From a virus (taxonomy: Duplodnaviria; Caudoviricetes): DNA of 32,043 nt. Position 1 is the first letter of the stretch, and every line of letters begins with the position of its first letter. The position numbers and the translations under genes are program-made. Below the pieces are notes generated by a model, which searched no databases, was not told where the DNA came from, and was given only the letters and a program-made list of their open reading frames with translations. Positions 17,959 through 26,000 of this stretch are shown in pieces. The stretch lies in IMG/VR virus record IMGVR_UViG_3300027212_000022, positions 1-32,043 of that record, one strand, 5' to 3'.

Positions 17959-18375
17959 TTAAAATGGCAAATCGCCGGAATCGGAATCAATCGATTCCAA
18001 AAATGATTGTGGTTTTGTTTCTGGTTGTTGAGGTTCGTTTTTATTTGTTGCGAATTCGGAATCGCGTTCGATTGACGACATGATTTCACATTTTTCGCCG
18101 ATGATTTGAATCGATTTTTGTTTGATTCCGTTTTTATCAATGTATTCATCAATTTCAATTTCGCCAACGATTAAAATTTTCATTCCTTTTTTGATGTAAT
18201 TTTCGGCGAATTCGGCCGAATAACGAAATTGAATGATTCGAAACCATGTGGTTTTTTTTTCATCCTTTATTTTTTTGGTGACTGCGATGGAATATTTCGC
18301 CGTTTTGATTCCGTTGGTCGATGTTAAAATTTCCGGATCCGATCCGACATTCCCGACAATTGTGATTTGGTTCAT
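17959..18375 (-). CDS. ssb: Single-stranded DNA-binding protein
   Basis: MNQITIVGNVGSDPE, TTWFRI, KKGMKILIVGEI and an acidic C-terminal DLPF. Confidence 0.95.
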   Translation of the reverse strand: MNQITIVGNVGSDPEILTSTNGIKTAKYSIAVTKKIKDEKKTTWFRIIQFRYSAEFAENYIKKGMKILIVGEIEIDEYIDKNGIKQKSIQIIGEKCEIMSSIERDSEFATNKNEPQQPETKPQSFLESIDSDSGDLPF

Positions 18376-18698
18376 GGTTTTATGATTTTAAGTTGATTAT
18401 TTGGTTGAATGATGTTTGATTGTTCAATGATTAATTGGTTTTGAATTAACCAGGATTCGAAATTCAATCCCATTGGATGGACGGCGCGATCTAATGGTTG
18501 ACCGGATTCGTCAGTTCGTTGGATTCCGTTTTCATCCATTGCCGGTTCAATTTTACATTCACGAATGAATTCGCGTTGCAATAACATCAAAACGGCCGTT
18601 CCGAATTGAATTTGTTGTTGGTTTTTGTTCATTGTTTTGGTTTTGGTGTTTGGTTTATTCAATCTATTTGAATGAAATGGTTGTTTGTTTTTGCTCAT
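18372..18698 (-). CDS. Hypothetical protein (108 aa, or shorter from an internal Met)
   Basis: ATGA overlaps with both neighbours. Confidence 0.65.
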   Translation of the reverse strand: MSKNKQPFHSNRLNKPNTKTKTMNKNQQQIQFGTAVLMLLQREFIRECKIEPAMDENGIQRTDESGQPLDRAVHPMGLNFESWLIQNQLIIEQSNIIQPNNQLKIIKP

Positions 18699-19573
18699 TG
18701 TTTCAATTTTAGTGTTTCAATGATGTCGATGAAATCGATGTTGTTGTTTTTCAGTTTTTCAAAATATTCACGGATTGCAATTTCACGCGATTTGGTTTGA
18801 ACCATATCATTGAATTCAATGTGACGTTCGCCATTTTCGATTGTTTCGATTATTTTTCGCGCGTGTTGAACCTGGGACAATTTATTGAATGACGCCGATT
18901 TCAATTCATTTTTAACGATTGGTTCGGCCCTTTGATATATATCCCTTTTTTCGTTAATCGTCAACGCAATCAATCCCAATTCATTTTCCAACGTATCGAA
19001 AACGGTTCGTGTTGAAATGGTTCCCCAATGGATGGAATGTTTTTCATTGAATTCAATCCATTTTTTGACGATGCAATCATCCACAAATTGCCAAAACAAT
19101 TTTTTTTTCGTTTCCGGTGTTGGTTCCAATGGTTGTGATGATTCATTCAATTGTTGGTTGAATTCCTTTTGGGCCGAATTTTTCATTTTTTGAAATGCGT
19201 TCATGACATCGGCAAAATAAACGGCGTTAAAATTTTGATAATGCGTCAAATCAACGTTTAATTTTTGCGCGGCCGCCATTCGAAATGCCAATTTCATTTC
19301 CTCGGTGTTGAATGATTTCATTTCGGATTTGATGAAATCAATCAAAACGGCCTTTTGTAGATCCGACGGCAAATTTTCCGCTTTCAATCCGATTAAAGCG
19401 AAAATATATCGCAATGATTGTTTGATTGGTTCCACGTCGTCCAAATCGCGAATTTTGATTCCGGTGTTGGCGGCGACTAAAATTTCACGCGCGTTAAAAC
19501 TCACGAATTGCATCGTCGAAATTTGGTTTTGAATTTCGATTTCCGTTTGGTGTTTGATGATTTGATTTTCCAT
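18695..19573 (-). CDS. Putative helicase loader or replication accessory protein
   Basis: Overlaps the initiator gene by 80 nt, in the lambda P-like position. No Walker motif, so the function is positional inference. Confidence 0.45.
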   Translation of the reverse strand: MENQIIKHQTEIEIQNQISTMQFVSFNAREILVAANTGIKIRDLDDVEPIKQSLRYIFALIGLKAENLPSDLQKAVLIDFIKSEMKSFNTEEMKLAFRMAAAQKLNVDLTHYQNFNAVYFADVMNAFQKMKNSAQKEFNQQLNESSQPLEPTPETKKKLFWQFVDDCIVKKWIEFNEKHSIHWGTISTRTVFDTLENELGLIALTINEKRDIYQRAEPIVKNELKSASFNKLSQVQHARKIIETIENGERHIEFNDMVQTKSREIAIREYFEKLKNNNIDFIDIIETLKLKQ

Positions 19574-20306
19574 TTGATTTGATTTTGAGCCAATTTTTAA
19601 TTGTTAAATTTACGGATGTATATTTTGAAACCAACGGTTTGAAATTTTCCATTTGATCCAAAACGTCACAAATATTTTGAAACGATTCCAATGTCATGAT
19701 TTTTTCCGATTGTTCAAAATTGATTTGCGTTTTCATTTTTTTTATGTTGGGACAATTTTCATCGATATAAATCATCAAATCGTTTTTTCGTTCATCAATA
19801 TTAATATAATTAATATTGTTTAATGAAGATGAAGATGAAGATGAAGATGAAGATGAAGGGGTTCGGTTTTGGTTGTCGGTTTGCTTAACCAAACGTCCAA
19901 CCAAATTTGAACCTTTCGATTTTTTTTCAATCAATTTTGGATTCCCTCCCAATTGACCAACATCGCGTCGAATTTGGCGAATGCGTTCATCGTTGACCAT
20001 TCGTTTCGAAAAATAACGATTTTTTTCATCCAACTTTAGTATTCCGAATTTCGTCAGTTCATCGAATGTTTTTTTGAACTTTTTTTGACTTAATCCGGTC
20101 AACTTTTGGATTCCTTTTGAATCCAAAACGTGTTCATTTATCATCAAAACACCGATTTCATCCGACAAAAACATGATCGACAATAAATCAATCCAAACGC
20201 CGCGTGTTTCATGGGAACACATTCGCAACGATGGATCCGTCAACCAATCGGCCGCGTAAAATTGAAACGCCGGTGAACGATCGCGTGAATTTTTTTTGAA
20301 CGTCAT
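19494..20306 (-). CDS. Replication initiator-like protein (YdaU/DUF1376-type N-terminus)
   Basis: SPAFQFYAADWL, RGVWIDLL, SKRMVND...GGNP and a poly-Ser linker. Confidence 0.75.
   Translation of the reverse strand: MTFKKNSRDRSPAFQFYAADWLTDPSLRMCSHETRGVWIDLLSIMFLSDEIGVLMINEHVLDSKGIQKLTGLSQKKFKKTFDELTKFGILKLDEKNRYFSKRMVNDERIRQIRRDVGQLGGNPKLIEKKSKGSNLVGRLVKQTDNQNRTPSSSSSSSSSSSLNNINYINIDERKNDLMIYIDENCPNIKKMKTQINFEQSEKIMTLESFQNICDVLDQMENFKPLVSKYTSVNLTIKNWLKIKSNGKSNHQTPNGNRNSKPNFDDAIREF
19823..19858. repeat. (ATGAAG)x6 microsatellite encoding poly-Ser
   Basis: Six perfect copies read directly. Confidence 0.95.
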
Positions 20307-20716
20307 GATTGAATCGATTTCATCAATTGGTCAAATCGTCCATCGCGAATTTTGCGTTTTCCGGCAATCACATTATGAACAAACGTTCCGGAAAAATCCG
20401 GATGTTGTGAAACGAAATTTCGCGTCGTTTTGAACCTGGTCAACAATTGAACGCGAATCATTTCGCGTTCATTGTCATTGATACATTCGTCACAATTCGG
20501 TTTCGGCGTTGATTTAATCAAATCATTCAATTGATTCAATATGAATTCCGTTTTTCGTTCCGACAATCGTCCATTGATGGCGTTGGTCGCCGTGAAATAA
20601 TTGAATTTTGTGATTCGGCAAAAATTTTTGATGGATCCGAAATTTTCACGAATATGATATTGCGTCGAAAACATTTTGTTATTGGCCCCAATTGGGGATT
20701 CGATTATTTTTTTCAT
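20303..20716 (-). CDS. Putative tandem-HTH DNA-binding protein (137 aa)
   Basis: Two similar halves: FGSIKNFCRIT...ATNAINGR and FKTTRNFVSQH...VHNVIAGKR. Confidence 0.55.
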   Translation of the reverse strand: MKKIIESPIGANNKMFSTQYHIRENFGSIKNFCRITKFNYFTATNAINGRLSERKTEFILNQLNDLIKSTPKPNCDECINDNEREMIRVQLLTRFKTTRNFVSQHPDFSGTFVHNVIAGKRKIRDGRFDQLMKSIQS

Positions 20717-21612
20717 TCGATTTCGGATATAATGTTCATTCGGTCGTTTGCCGCCATCAAAATGGCCGGTTCGGTTTCATCAATTGTCAAATCGATTATT
20801 TCGTCGCATGTCGTCGCGTTTTGTATTTTCACCAACATTTCGACATGTTTATCAACTTTCGATTCGTCCACAACGTTTATTTGGGCCTTAATCGCGATTT
20901 TACGTTCGGACATCGTTTGTTTGAATTCCGGATTGCCTTGAAATTTTTCGTTTGATTTCCAAATTTCAATCAATTCATCGATTGTTCCGGCCGCCATTAC
21001 TTTCGAAATGATTGGGCCAATTGGTTCATCAACCGGTTGAATCGTGATTTTATTTTCAACAACAACATGATCGACATCCATCGCGTTCATTTCCTCGCGT
21101 GTGTATGGCATCCCTCCCAATTCATCGGAAAAACACAATCGAAACCCTTGGGCCATTGCGACTTTTTTTGTCATTGTGATCGGTTTTTCTTTCCAAAATT
21201 TGGTCGGTTGTCCATCACGACGACGGCCAACGTATTCAATGAAATAAACGTCATGGATGAACGGATGTTCGAAATCCTTTCGGTGAATTTTAATCCTGGC
21301 CATCAACGTCGAATTTTCGATGTTTTTCCAATCAACGGTTCCGAATGTTTCAACATGCCATCCGGAAAGTAATCCCGAACGTTCGGCGCGTTTGATGTAC
21401 GTTTCGAAACCAACAATGACCGAAAATTGATCGCCATATTTTGACGCGTAAATTTCGCGCTTAAATGGATTCAATCCGAATGATTGGGCTATTTCAACGA
21501 ATTGTTGGAATTCATTCGAATTTAGGTTGTTTCCCATTCCCATCGCGTTCAAATACGTTTGTAATTTTTCAACGTCGATTGGTGTTTGATTTGATTTTTG
21601 AATTGCTTTCAT
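20713..21612 (-). CDS. bet: Bet/RecT-family single-strand annealing recombinase
   Basis: GLNPFKREIY and WKEKPITMTKKVAMAQGFRLCF..GMPYTREEM. Start moved to the ATG at 21612. Confidence 0.9.
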   Translation of the reverse strand: MKAIQKSNQTPIDVEKLQTYLNAMGMGNNLNSNEFQQFVEIAQSFGLNPFKREIYASKYGDQFSVIVGFETYIKRAERSGLLSGWHVETFGTVDWKNIENSTLMARIKIHRKDFEHPFIHDVYFIEYVGRRRDGQPTKFWKEKPITMTKKVAMAQGFRLCFSDELGGMPYTREEMNAMDVDHVVVENKITIQPVDEPIGPIISKVMAAGTIDELIEIWKSNEKFQGNPEFKQTMSERKIAIKAQINVVDESKVDKHVEMLVKIQNATTCDEIIDLTIDETEPAILMAANDRMNIISEIE

Positions 21613-21634
21613 GATTGATTTGATTTGATTTTTG

Positions 21635-21642
21635 CAAATATA
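21635..21642 (-). promoter_or_regulatory. Bacteroidota-type -7 promoter element (TATATTTG)
   Basis: TAnnTTTG 22 nt upstream of the bet ATG. Confidence 0.55.
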
Positions 21643-21674
21643 ACTATTTTTAAATTCAAACAATAATTGTTTGA

Positions 21675-22154
21675 TTATTTTGCCAATGAAATTTCAACGG
21701 TTGTTTTTGATGATTTGATTGGAGGATGGACATCAATTAATTCACCGGTGTCCGGAATGGCAATTTGCGTCGATTTTTTGATTGTTTTCAATGTGGTTTC
21801 GAATTCCTTTCGTTCGTCGGTCGCCAATTGTTCGGCGTGTTTCAATTCGTTCCACAATGGCGTTTGGCTGAAATCATATTTGACGGCCGTTTCTTTGTGT
21901 TTGAACGTCACGCCGAATTTCGTCACGCCGGTTCGTGATTCGGGCCCGTACAAATCCAATTCATCAATGGCGCGTTCCCTCAATTGATTTTTGGCGTTTT
22001 CAATTACCTGGCTAATGAATTCCATTCGGGCCAAAATTGTCAAGGTGTCCACATGTCCATCGTCATTCACTTGAATGATCATGTTGGCCAATTCGGCGGC
22101 GCGTGATTTTGACAATTGTTGTTCGTCGTTTGCGATTTCCAATAAATTTTTCAT
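21675..22154 (-). CDS. Hypothetical protein next to the recombinase (159 aa)
   Basis: Clean ORF with KYDFS..W and DTGE..PP motifs; function not assigned. Confidence 0.8.
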   Translation of the reverse strand: MKNLLEIANDEQQLSKSRAAELANMIIQVNDDGHVDTLTILARMEFISQVIENAKNQLRERAIDELDLYGPESRTGVTKFGVTFKHKETAVKYDFSQTPLWNELKHAEQLATDERKEFETTLKTIKKSTQIAIPDTGELIDVHPPIKSSKTTVEISLAK

Positions 22155-22155
22155 G

Positions 22156-22518
22156 TTAAATTGATTTGATTTTTGTGATTAATATGTCGGAAAGGATCCG
22201 GCCGACATTTCCGAATTGTTTTTTTTGCAAATATTGAATAATTGATAAATTTTTGATTGTTCCCAATTTTATTTCGTTGATTGGTTTCCCGAATAAATTA
22301 TCGCGATTGATGTTCGTGATTAGGAAATCGATTTCCATTTGACCGACCATTCCAAACAATGATGAAAATGTACTATTTTCGTCGATCATGTTGGCGATTT
22401 TGGTTTCGCCTTGGTGTTTGATTCGGTCGATGTATTCATCGACCGTTTCGTTTGATTGAATTTCCATGAAATCATTTGAACTTACAATCGTTCCGTCGTT
22501 CATTATAAAAAATGTCAT
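22156..22518 (-). CDS. Hypothetical protein (120 aa)
   Basis: ATGA overlap with the upstream gene. Confidence 0.7.
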   Translation of the reverse strand: MTFFIMNDGTIVSSNDFMEIQSNETVDEYIDRIKHQGETKIANMIDENSTFSSLFGMVGQMEIDFLITNINRDNLFGKPINEIKLGTIKNLSIIQYLQKKQFGNVGRILSDILITKIKSI

Positions 22519-22994
22519 GATTCGAATTTTTCTTTAATAAATGAACATGCGTCAACCAGGGTTTCGAATTGTTGTGAAATCAAAATGTCGAATGTGAATC
22601 GGTTTTCAACGATTGAAATCAAATGGCCGTTTTTTTCCCAAATTTCAATTTTGTCGTCGAACATTGGCATTTGTCGCGCGTCGATGGATCGTAAAAAGAA
22701 ACGCAATTTTCGCAAATGATCCGGTTTCATTTCATAATTGTCAACGTCATTCAATGGTTGAATTTCGGATCCGGTTGTTTCCAAAACAACGGTCGTTTTT
22801 TTATCATCGGATTTGGCCGAAAAAACTAATTGTGGAACATAGTTTGTCAACGAATGGATGTCGTAACCATGGCCACGAAAATCGTTGATTCCATGTTCGG
22901 AAATTGTTTTCATGAAAAATTCGAACGATTGTTCCCAATTTTTCAAATCAACTTTAATTTTTGATTTTGGTGTTTTGATTGTGATTTTATACAT
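22515..22994 (-). CDS. Hypothetical protein (159 aa)
   Basis: ORF preceded by an AATC-repeat start context. Confidence 0.75.
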   Translation of the reverse strand: MYKITIKTPKSKIKVDLKNWEQSFEFFMKTISEHGINDFRGHGYDIHSLTNYVPQLVFSAKSDDKKTTVVLETTGSEIQPLNDVDNYEMKPDHLRKLRFFLRSIDARQMPMFDDKIEIWEKNGHLISIVENRFTFDILISQQFETLVDACSFIKEKFES

Positions 22995-23014
22995 GATTGA
23001 TTGATTTGATTAAT

Positions 23015-23308
23015 TTATGAAATTTGAATTAAAAATGATTCGATTTCGTCGCCGGTTAAAATTGTGGCATGTGCCGCGTCGTAATACAACCCCCATTTCG
23101 ACAAATTGTCGAACATGTTCCGGATTGGTTCATCCGAATATAATTCACGGGCCATTTTTGCCAAATAATCACGCGCGTCGTCCACGGTGTTGAAATGTTG
23201 CCAACAAACCAATTGACCAAATATTGTTTTTGAGTGTTCCAAACGGAACGATTTGGCCGAATTATATTGATGCGGCGTTGGTGCGAATGTTTTTATTAAT
23301 GCTTTCAT
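23015..23308 (-). CDS. Hypothetical protein (97 aa)
   Basis: ORF preceded by AAAATCAAATCAAATG. Confidence 0.75.
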   Translation of the reverse strand: MKALIKTFAPTPHQYNSAKSFRLEHSKTIFGQLVCWQHFNTVDDARDYLAKMARELYSDEPIRNMFDNLSKWGLYYDAAHATILTGDEIESFLIQIS

Positions 23309-23334
23309 TTGATTTGATTTTATTTGATTGGTTT

Positions 23335-23565
23335 TTATTTAATTGATTTGATTTGAATCCATCGCCATCGATAGCCGAAAAACTTTAAAAATGCAACGAA
23401 TTCAACACATTCGTTTAATGTCATTGGACGCGTTTTGTCCAATTCCGGATTGTCAACTAATTCGAAAAAAACCATGTGGTTGAATTCGTTTTCCGGTTCG
23501 AATAACTTAATCGTTTTCGTTTTCCTCGTTTTCCTCGTTTTCCTCGTTTTCATCGTCGTCGTCAT
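23335..23565 (-). CDS. Hypothetical protein (76 aa) with a basic KTR-repeat N-terminus
   Basis: Fills the gap between neighbours and overlaps the upstream gene by 59 nt. Confidence 0.6.
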   Translation of the reverse strand: MTTTMKTRKTRKTRKTKTIKLFEPENEFNHMVFFELVDNPELDKTRPMTLNECVEFVAFLKFFGYRWRWIQIKSIK

Positions 23566-23686
23566 TTATTGGTTCGCATCCATCGCCATCGCAATGGGAA
23601 CATTCAACCTGATACGATTGGCGTTCATCCGGATCGAAATCCCAATCGAATCCGGCGCCGTTGCATTGTGAACATATTTCATTCAT
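23507..23686 (-). CDS. 59-aa DnaJ-type zinc-finger protein with an acidic tail
   Basis: CSQCNGAG and CSHCDGDG (two CxxCxGxG motifs). Start moved to the ATG at 23686, which gives an ATGA overlap. Confidence 0.75.
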   Translation of the reverse strand: MNEICSQCNGAGFDWDFDPDERQSYQVECSHCDGDGCEPINDDDDENEENEENEENEND

Positions 23687-23985
23687 GATTTCGTCCAAAT
23701 ATTTTGATGAATAAAATTTTCCGGATGTTTTTTCGCGCATGAATTCCCAACTAAAAAATAACCTTGGGATTGGAATCCATGTTTTTCCGCGTCGGAATCG
23801 GTTTTGATTGAATTGTCCATCGCCATCCAATTCGTGTTCATGTGAACCATTGACGATTCGTTTTCATTCATTGCTTTGCCACAACATTCACACATGTTGG
23901 AACGTTCGCCGAATTTGTCAATGTTTCTTTCTTTCATTGGCGATTCATACAATGGCCATTCAATTGATTCGAAATTTGCTTTCAT
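23683..23985 (-). CDS. Hypothetical Cys-containing protein (100 aa), possible zinc ribbon
   Basis: CECCGK...VGNSC; AAATC-repeat start context. Confidence 0.7.
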   Translation of the reverse strand: MKANFESIEWPLYESPMKERNIDKFGERSNMCECCGKAMNENESSMVHMNTNWMAMDNSIKTDSDAEKHGFQSQGYFLVGNSCAKKHPENFIHQNIWTKS

Positions 23986-24012
23986 TTGATTTGATTTTTG
24001 ATTGATTTAATT

Positions 24013-24042
24013 GGGGCCGGATTTTCCGGCCCCGTTTTTTTT
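24013..24042 (+). terminator. GC-rich hairpin with a T-tract on the + strand
   Basis: GGGGCCGGA-TTT-TCCGGCCCC-G-T8. Confidence 0.6.
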
Positions 24043-24454
24043 AGATTCCTAATTTTGACCAAACGGTTTGATATTTTAATGAACATGATTTCATGTGTTC
24101 AAACGCCGCGTCCGAATTATTTATCCAATTGTTCACGCCAAAAATTTGAACCGTGTTTTCCGGCATCATTTCCAATTTTTGAACATCAAATGATGAAATA
24201 CAAATTGAATGAAAACCGCCGTTTGTCAATGATGATGAATAATCCAATGAATTGAAAAAAATCATTCCATCATTTAATTCATATTTTACGAAAAAACGAT
24301 CGTATTGATAAACATCATTTTTTTCAACTTTGAAAAATTCGACATTTGAAAATTTTGAATAACGGTTGACAACCTTTGTCCATTCCGTTGGATTGTATTC
24401 GCGAATTGAATCGTTTTTCACTTGTTCGTTTGATAATTTGATTGCTTTTAACAT
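24041..24454 (-). CDS. Hypothetical first early protein (137 aa)
   Basis: Start moved to the ATG at 24454, downstream of the promoter motif. Confidence 0.7.
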   Translation of the reverse strand: MLKAIKLSNEQVKNDSIREYNPTEWTKVVNRYSKFSNVEFFKVEKNDVYQYDRFFVKYELNDGMIFFNSLDYSSSLTNGGFHSICISSFDVQKLEMMPENTVQIFGVNNWINNSDAAFEHMKSCSLKYQTVWSKLGI

Positions 24455-24486
24455 GATTTCGATTTTTATGTGGTTGTTTTGTTTGA

Positions 24487-24494
24487 CAAATGTA
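24487..24494 (-). promoter_or_regulatory. Candidate main early promoter, -7 element (TACATTTG)
   Basis: TAnnTTTG in the largest intergenic region, after the late-operon terminator. Confidence 0.6.
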
Positions 24495-24580
24495 TAAACG
24501 TTTTTCATTCCAACAACATTCGTTTGATTTATTTTTTGATTTATTTTGTTGTTTTGATGTAACACGCTGAAATTGAGCAC

Positions 24581-24615
24581 AAAAAAAACGCGTGACAACC
24601 GCCACGCGTTTTTTT
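24581..24615. terminator. Bidirectional intrinsic terminator ending the late operon
   Basis: A8-CGCGTG-acaaccgc-CACGCG-T7. Confidence 0.85.
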
Positions 24616-24666
24616 AATTAACCCAATCATTTGTTCGCAAAAATCAAATCTGTCAAATATATGAAA

Positions 24667-25086
24667 TTATGCGTTCACTTTGCGTTCCATGATTGCCAAA
24701 AATACATGTGACAACGCCGCCATCGGAATGAACCACCAAAACGAAATCGAAATGGATGTTTTGGTGACCATAAAAACGGCCAACGCCACCCAAATGTTCA
24801 TACAATACAAACAACCTCCCATTGGCTTATATAACACCTTTAACGGATTGCGTTCGTGTTTGATCCATGTTTCCAAAAACCGCCCGTAAAACGCGAAGAT
24901 TTGACCAGGTTGAATAATGAAATCAATAAACAATGAAATCGCCATCGTGAACGTCGCCATGGCCGTGATCCAAACAATCGTTGAATTTGTGTTGATAGTT
25001 GTGAAAAATGTCGCCGCCGCAAAACCGAACATGGCCCCGACAATTAACAAAATTGTGTTTTCAATTGGTTTTTTTGCTTTTTTCAT
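24667..25086 (-). CDS. 4-TM membrane protein with a CLYC motif (DUF1360-like; candidate thiol oxidoreductase)
   Basis: Four hydrophobic segments, with KPMGGCLYCMNIW at the start of the third. Start moved to the ATG at 25086. Confidence 0.7.
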   Translation of the reverse strand: MKKAKKPIENTILLIVGAMFGFAAATFFTTINTNSTIVWITAMATFTMAISLFIDFIIQPGQIFAFYGRFLETWIKHERNPLKVLYKPMGGCLYCMNIWVALAVFMVTKTSISISFWWFIPMAALSHVFLAIMERKVNA

Positions 25087-25096
25087 TTTTTTCAAA

Positions 25097-25402
25097 TTAA
25101 CATGATGGAATGATTCCGGAAACCTCAAACGAACACGCGCCGTCCGATGTCGTCAAATAATAAAAACCATAACCCGAAAAACCGGCGTCAACTTTTATTT
25201 TGATGATTGTCGTCGAATTTTCATTGAATGTAAATGGTAATGTCAAATTTAAACCAAACGTTCCCGTTCCTATTATTGTCGTGAAACCGGTGTTGGAAAA
25301 TATTTCGAATATATAATCGCCCGTGTATGGCGCCAATATTCCAAAATTTATTTGGTCGTTTGGTAAAAAACAACCGATGTGTTTTGTGCAACCGCAATTC
25401 AT
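25097..25402 (-). CDS. Small Cys-rich beta protein (101 aa)
   Basis: MNCGCTKHIGC...GACSF...IIPSC. Confidence 0.75.
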   Translation of the reverse strand: MNCGCTKHIGCFLPNDQINFGILAPYTGDYIFEIFSNTGFTTIIGTGTFGLNLTLPFTFNENSTTIIKIKVDAGFSGYGFYYLTTSDGACSFEVSGIIPSC

Positions 25403-25430
25403 TTTTTCAGTTTTTTAAATTTATATAAAT

Positions 25431-26000
25431 TCAACACGATGGCGTTGAACACGGATTCAAACAATAATATTCCAACGACATGTCACGATCCCCAACCAAA
25501 TCAAAATCAAACGCAATAAACGTCAAATTTTTATCAAATGGTTTTACAACACCTTTTGGCGATTCCTCAATCACAACCGCCATTGGATCAATCGTTGATT
25601 CAATTGGTTCAATTGATACATTGGCGAATGATGAATTGGAAACCAATCCGGCGTTCATGATTGCAAAACGAATTTTTTCCTCAAAACAAACCGGATCGGA
25701 ATTTCTCAAACATGCGACGACGCGTAAATTGTAACGCATCCGATAAAAATTTTGCATCGCCGCGAATTTTTTGGATGTTGATGTTTCCGAAAATTGAATT
25801 TTCCCATCGTTCCGCAATCGGATATAAAAATATCCATCGTCGCGATCATGGATTCCGGCGAACACGTATTCATTTTGATTCAAATCGCGTTTCAACACGC
25901 GGCCGTCGTCGTCAATCTTTGCCAAATAAATGGCCGTTTTCATTTCGGGAACATTCGTTTTGATCGAATCAACAATGATTTGAATTTGGTCGTTTGTCAT
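25431..26000 (-). CDS. Putative tail terminator or neck protein (189 aa)
   Basis: Follows the neck-type gene; size and alpha/beta pattern fit. Positional inference. Confidence 0.5.
   Translation of the reverse strand: MTNDQIQIIVDSIKTNVPEMKTAIYLAKIDDDGRVLKRDLNQNEYVFAGIHDRDDGYFYIRLRNDGKIQFSETSTSKKFAAMQNFYRMRYNLRVVACLRNSDPVCFEEKIRFAIMNAGLVSNSSFANVSIEPIESTIDPMAVVIEESPKGVVKPFDKNLTFIAFDFDLVGDRDMSLEYYCLNPCSTPSC

Noticed and set aside
19823-23565. CRISPR array or diversity-generating retroelement
   Set aside because: The repeats are short coding microsatellites without spacers. There is no reverse transcriptase and no template/variable repeat pair.
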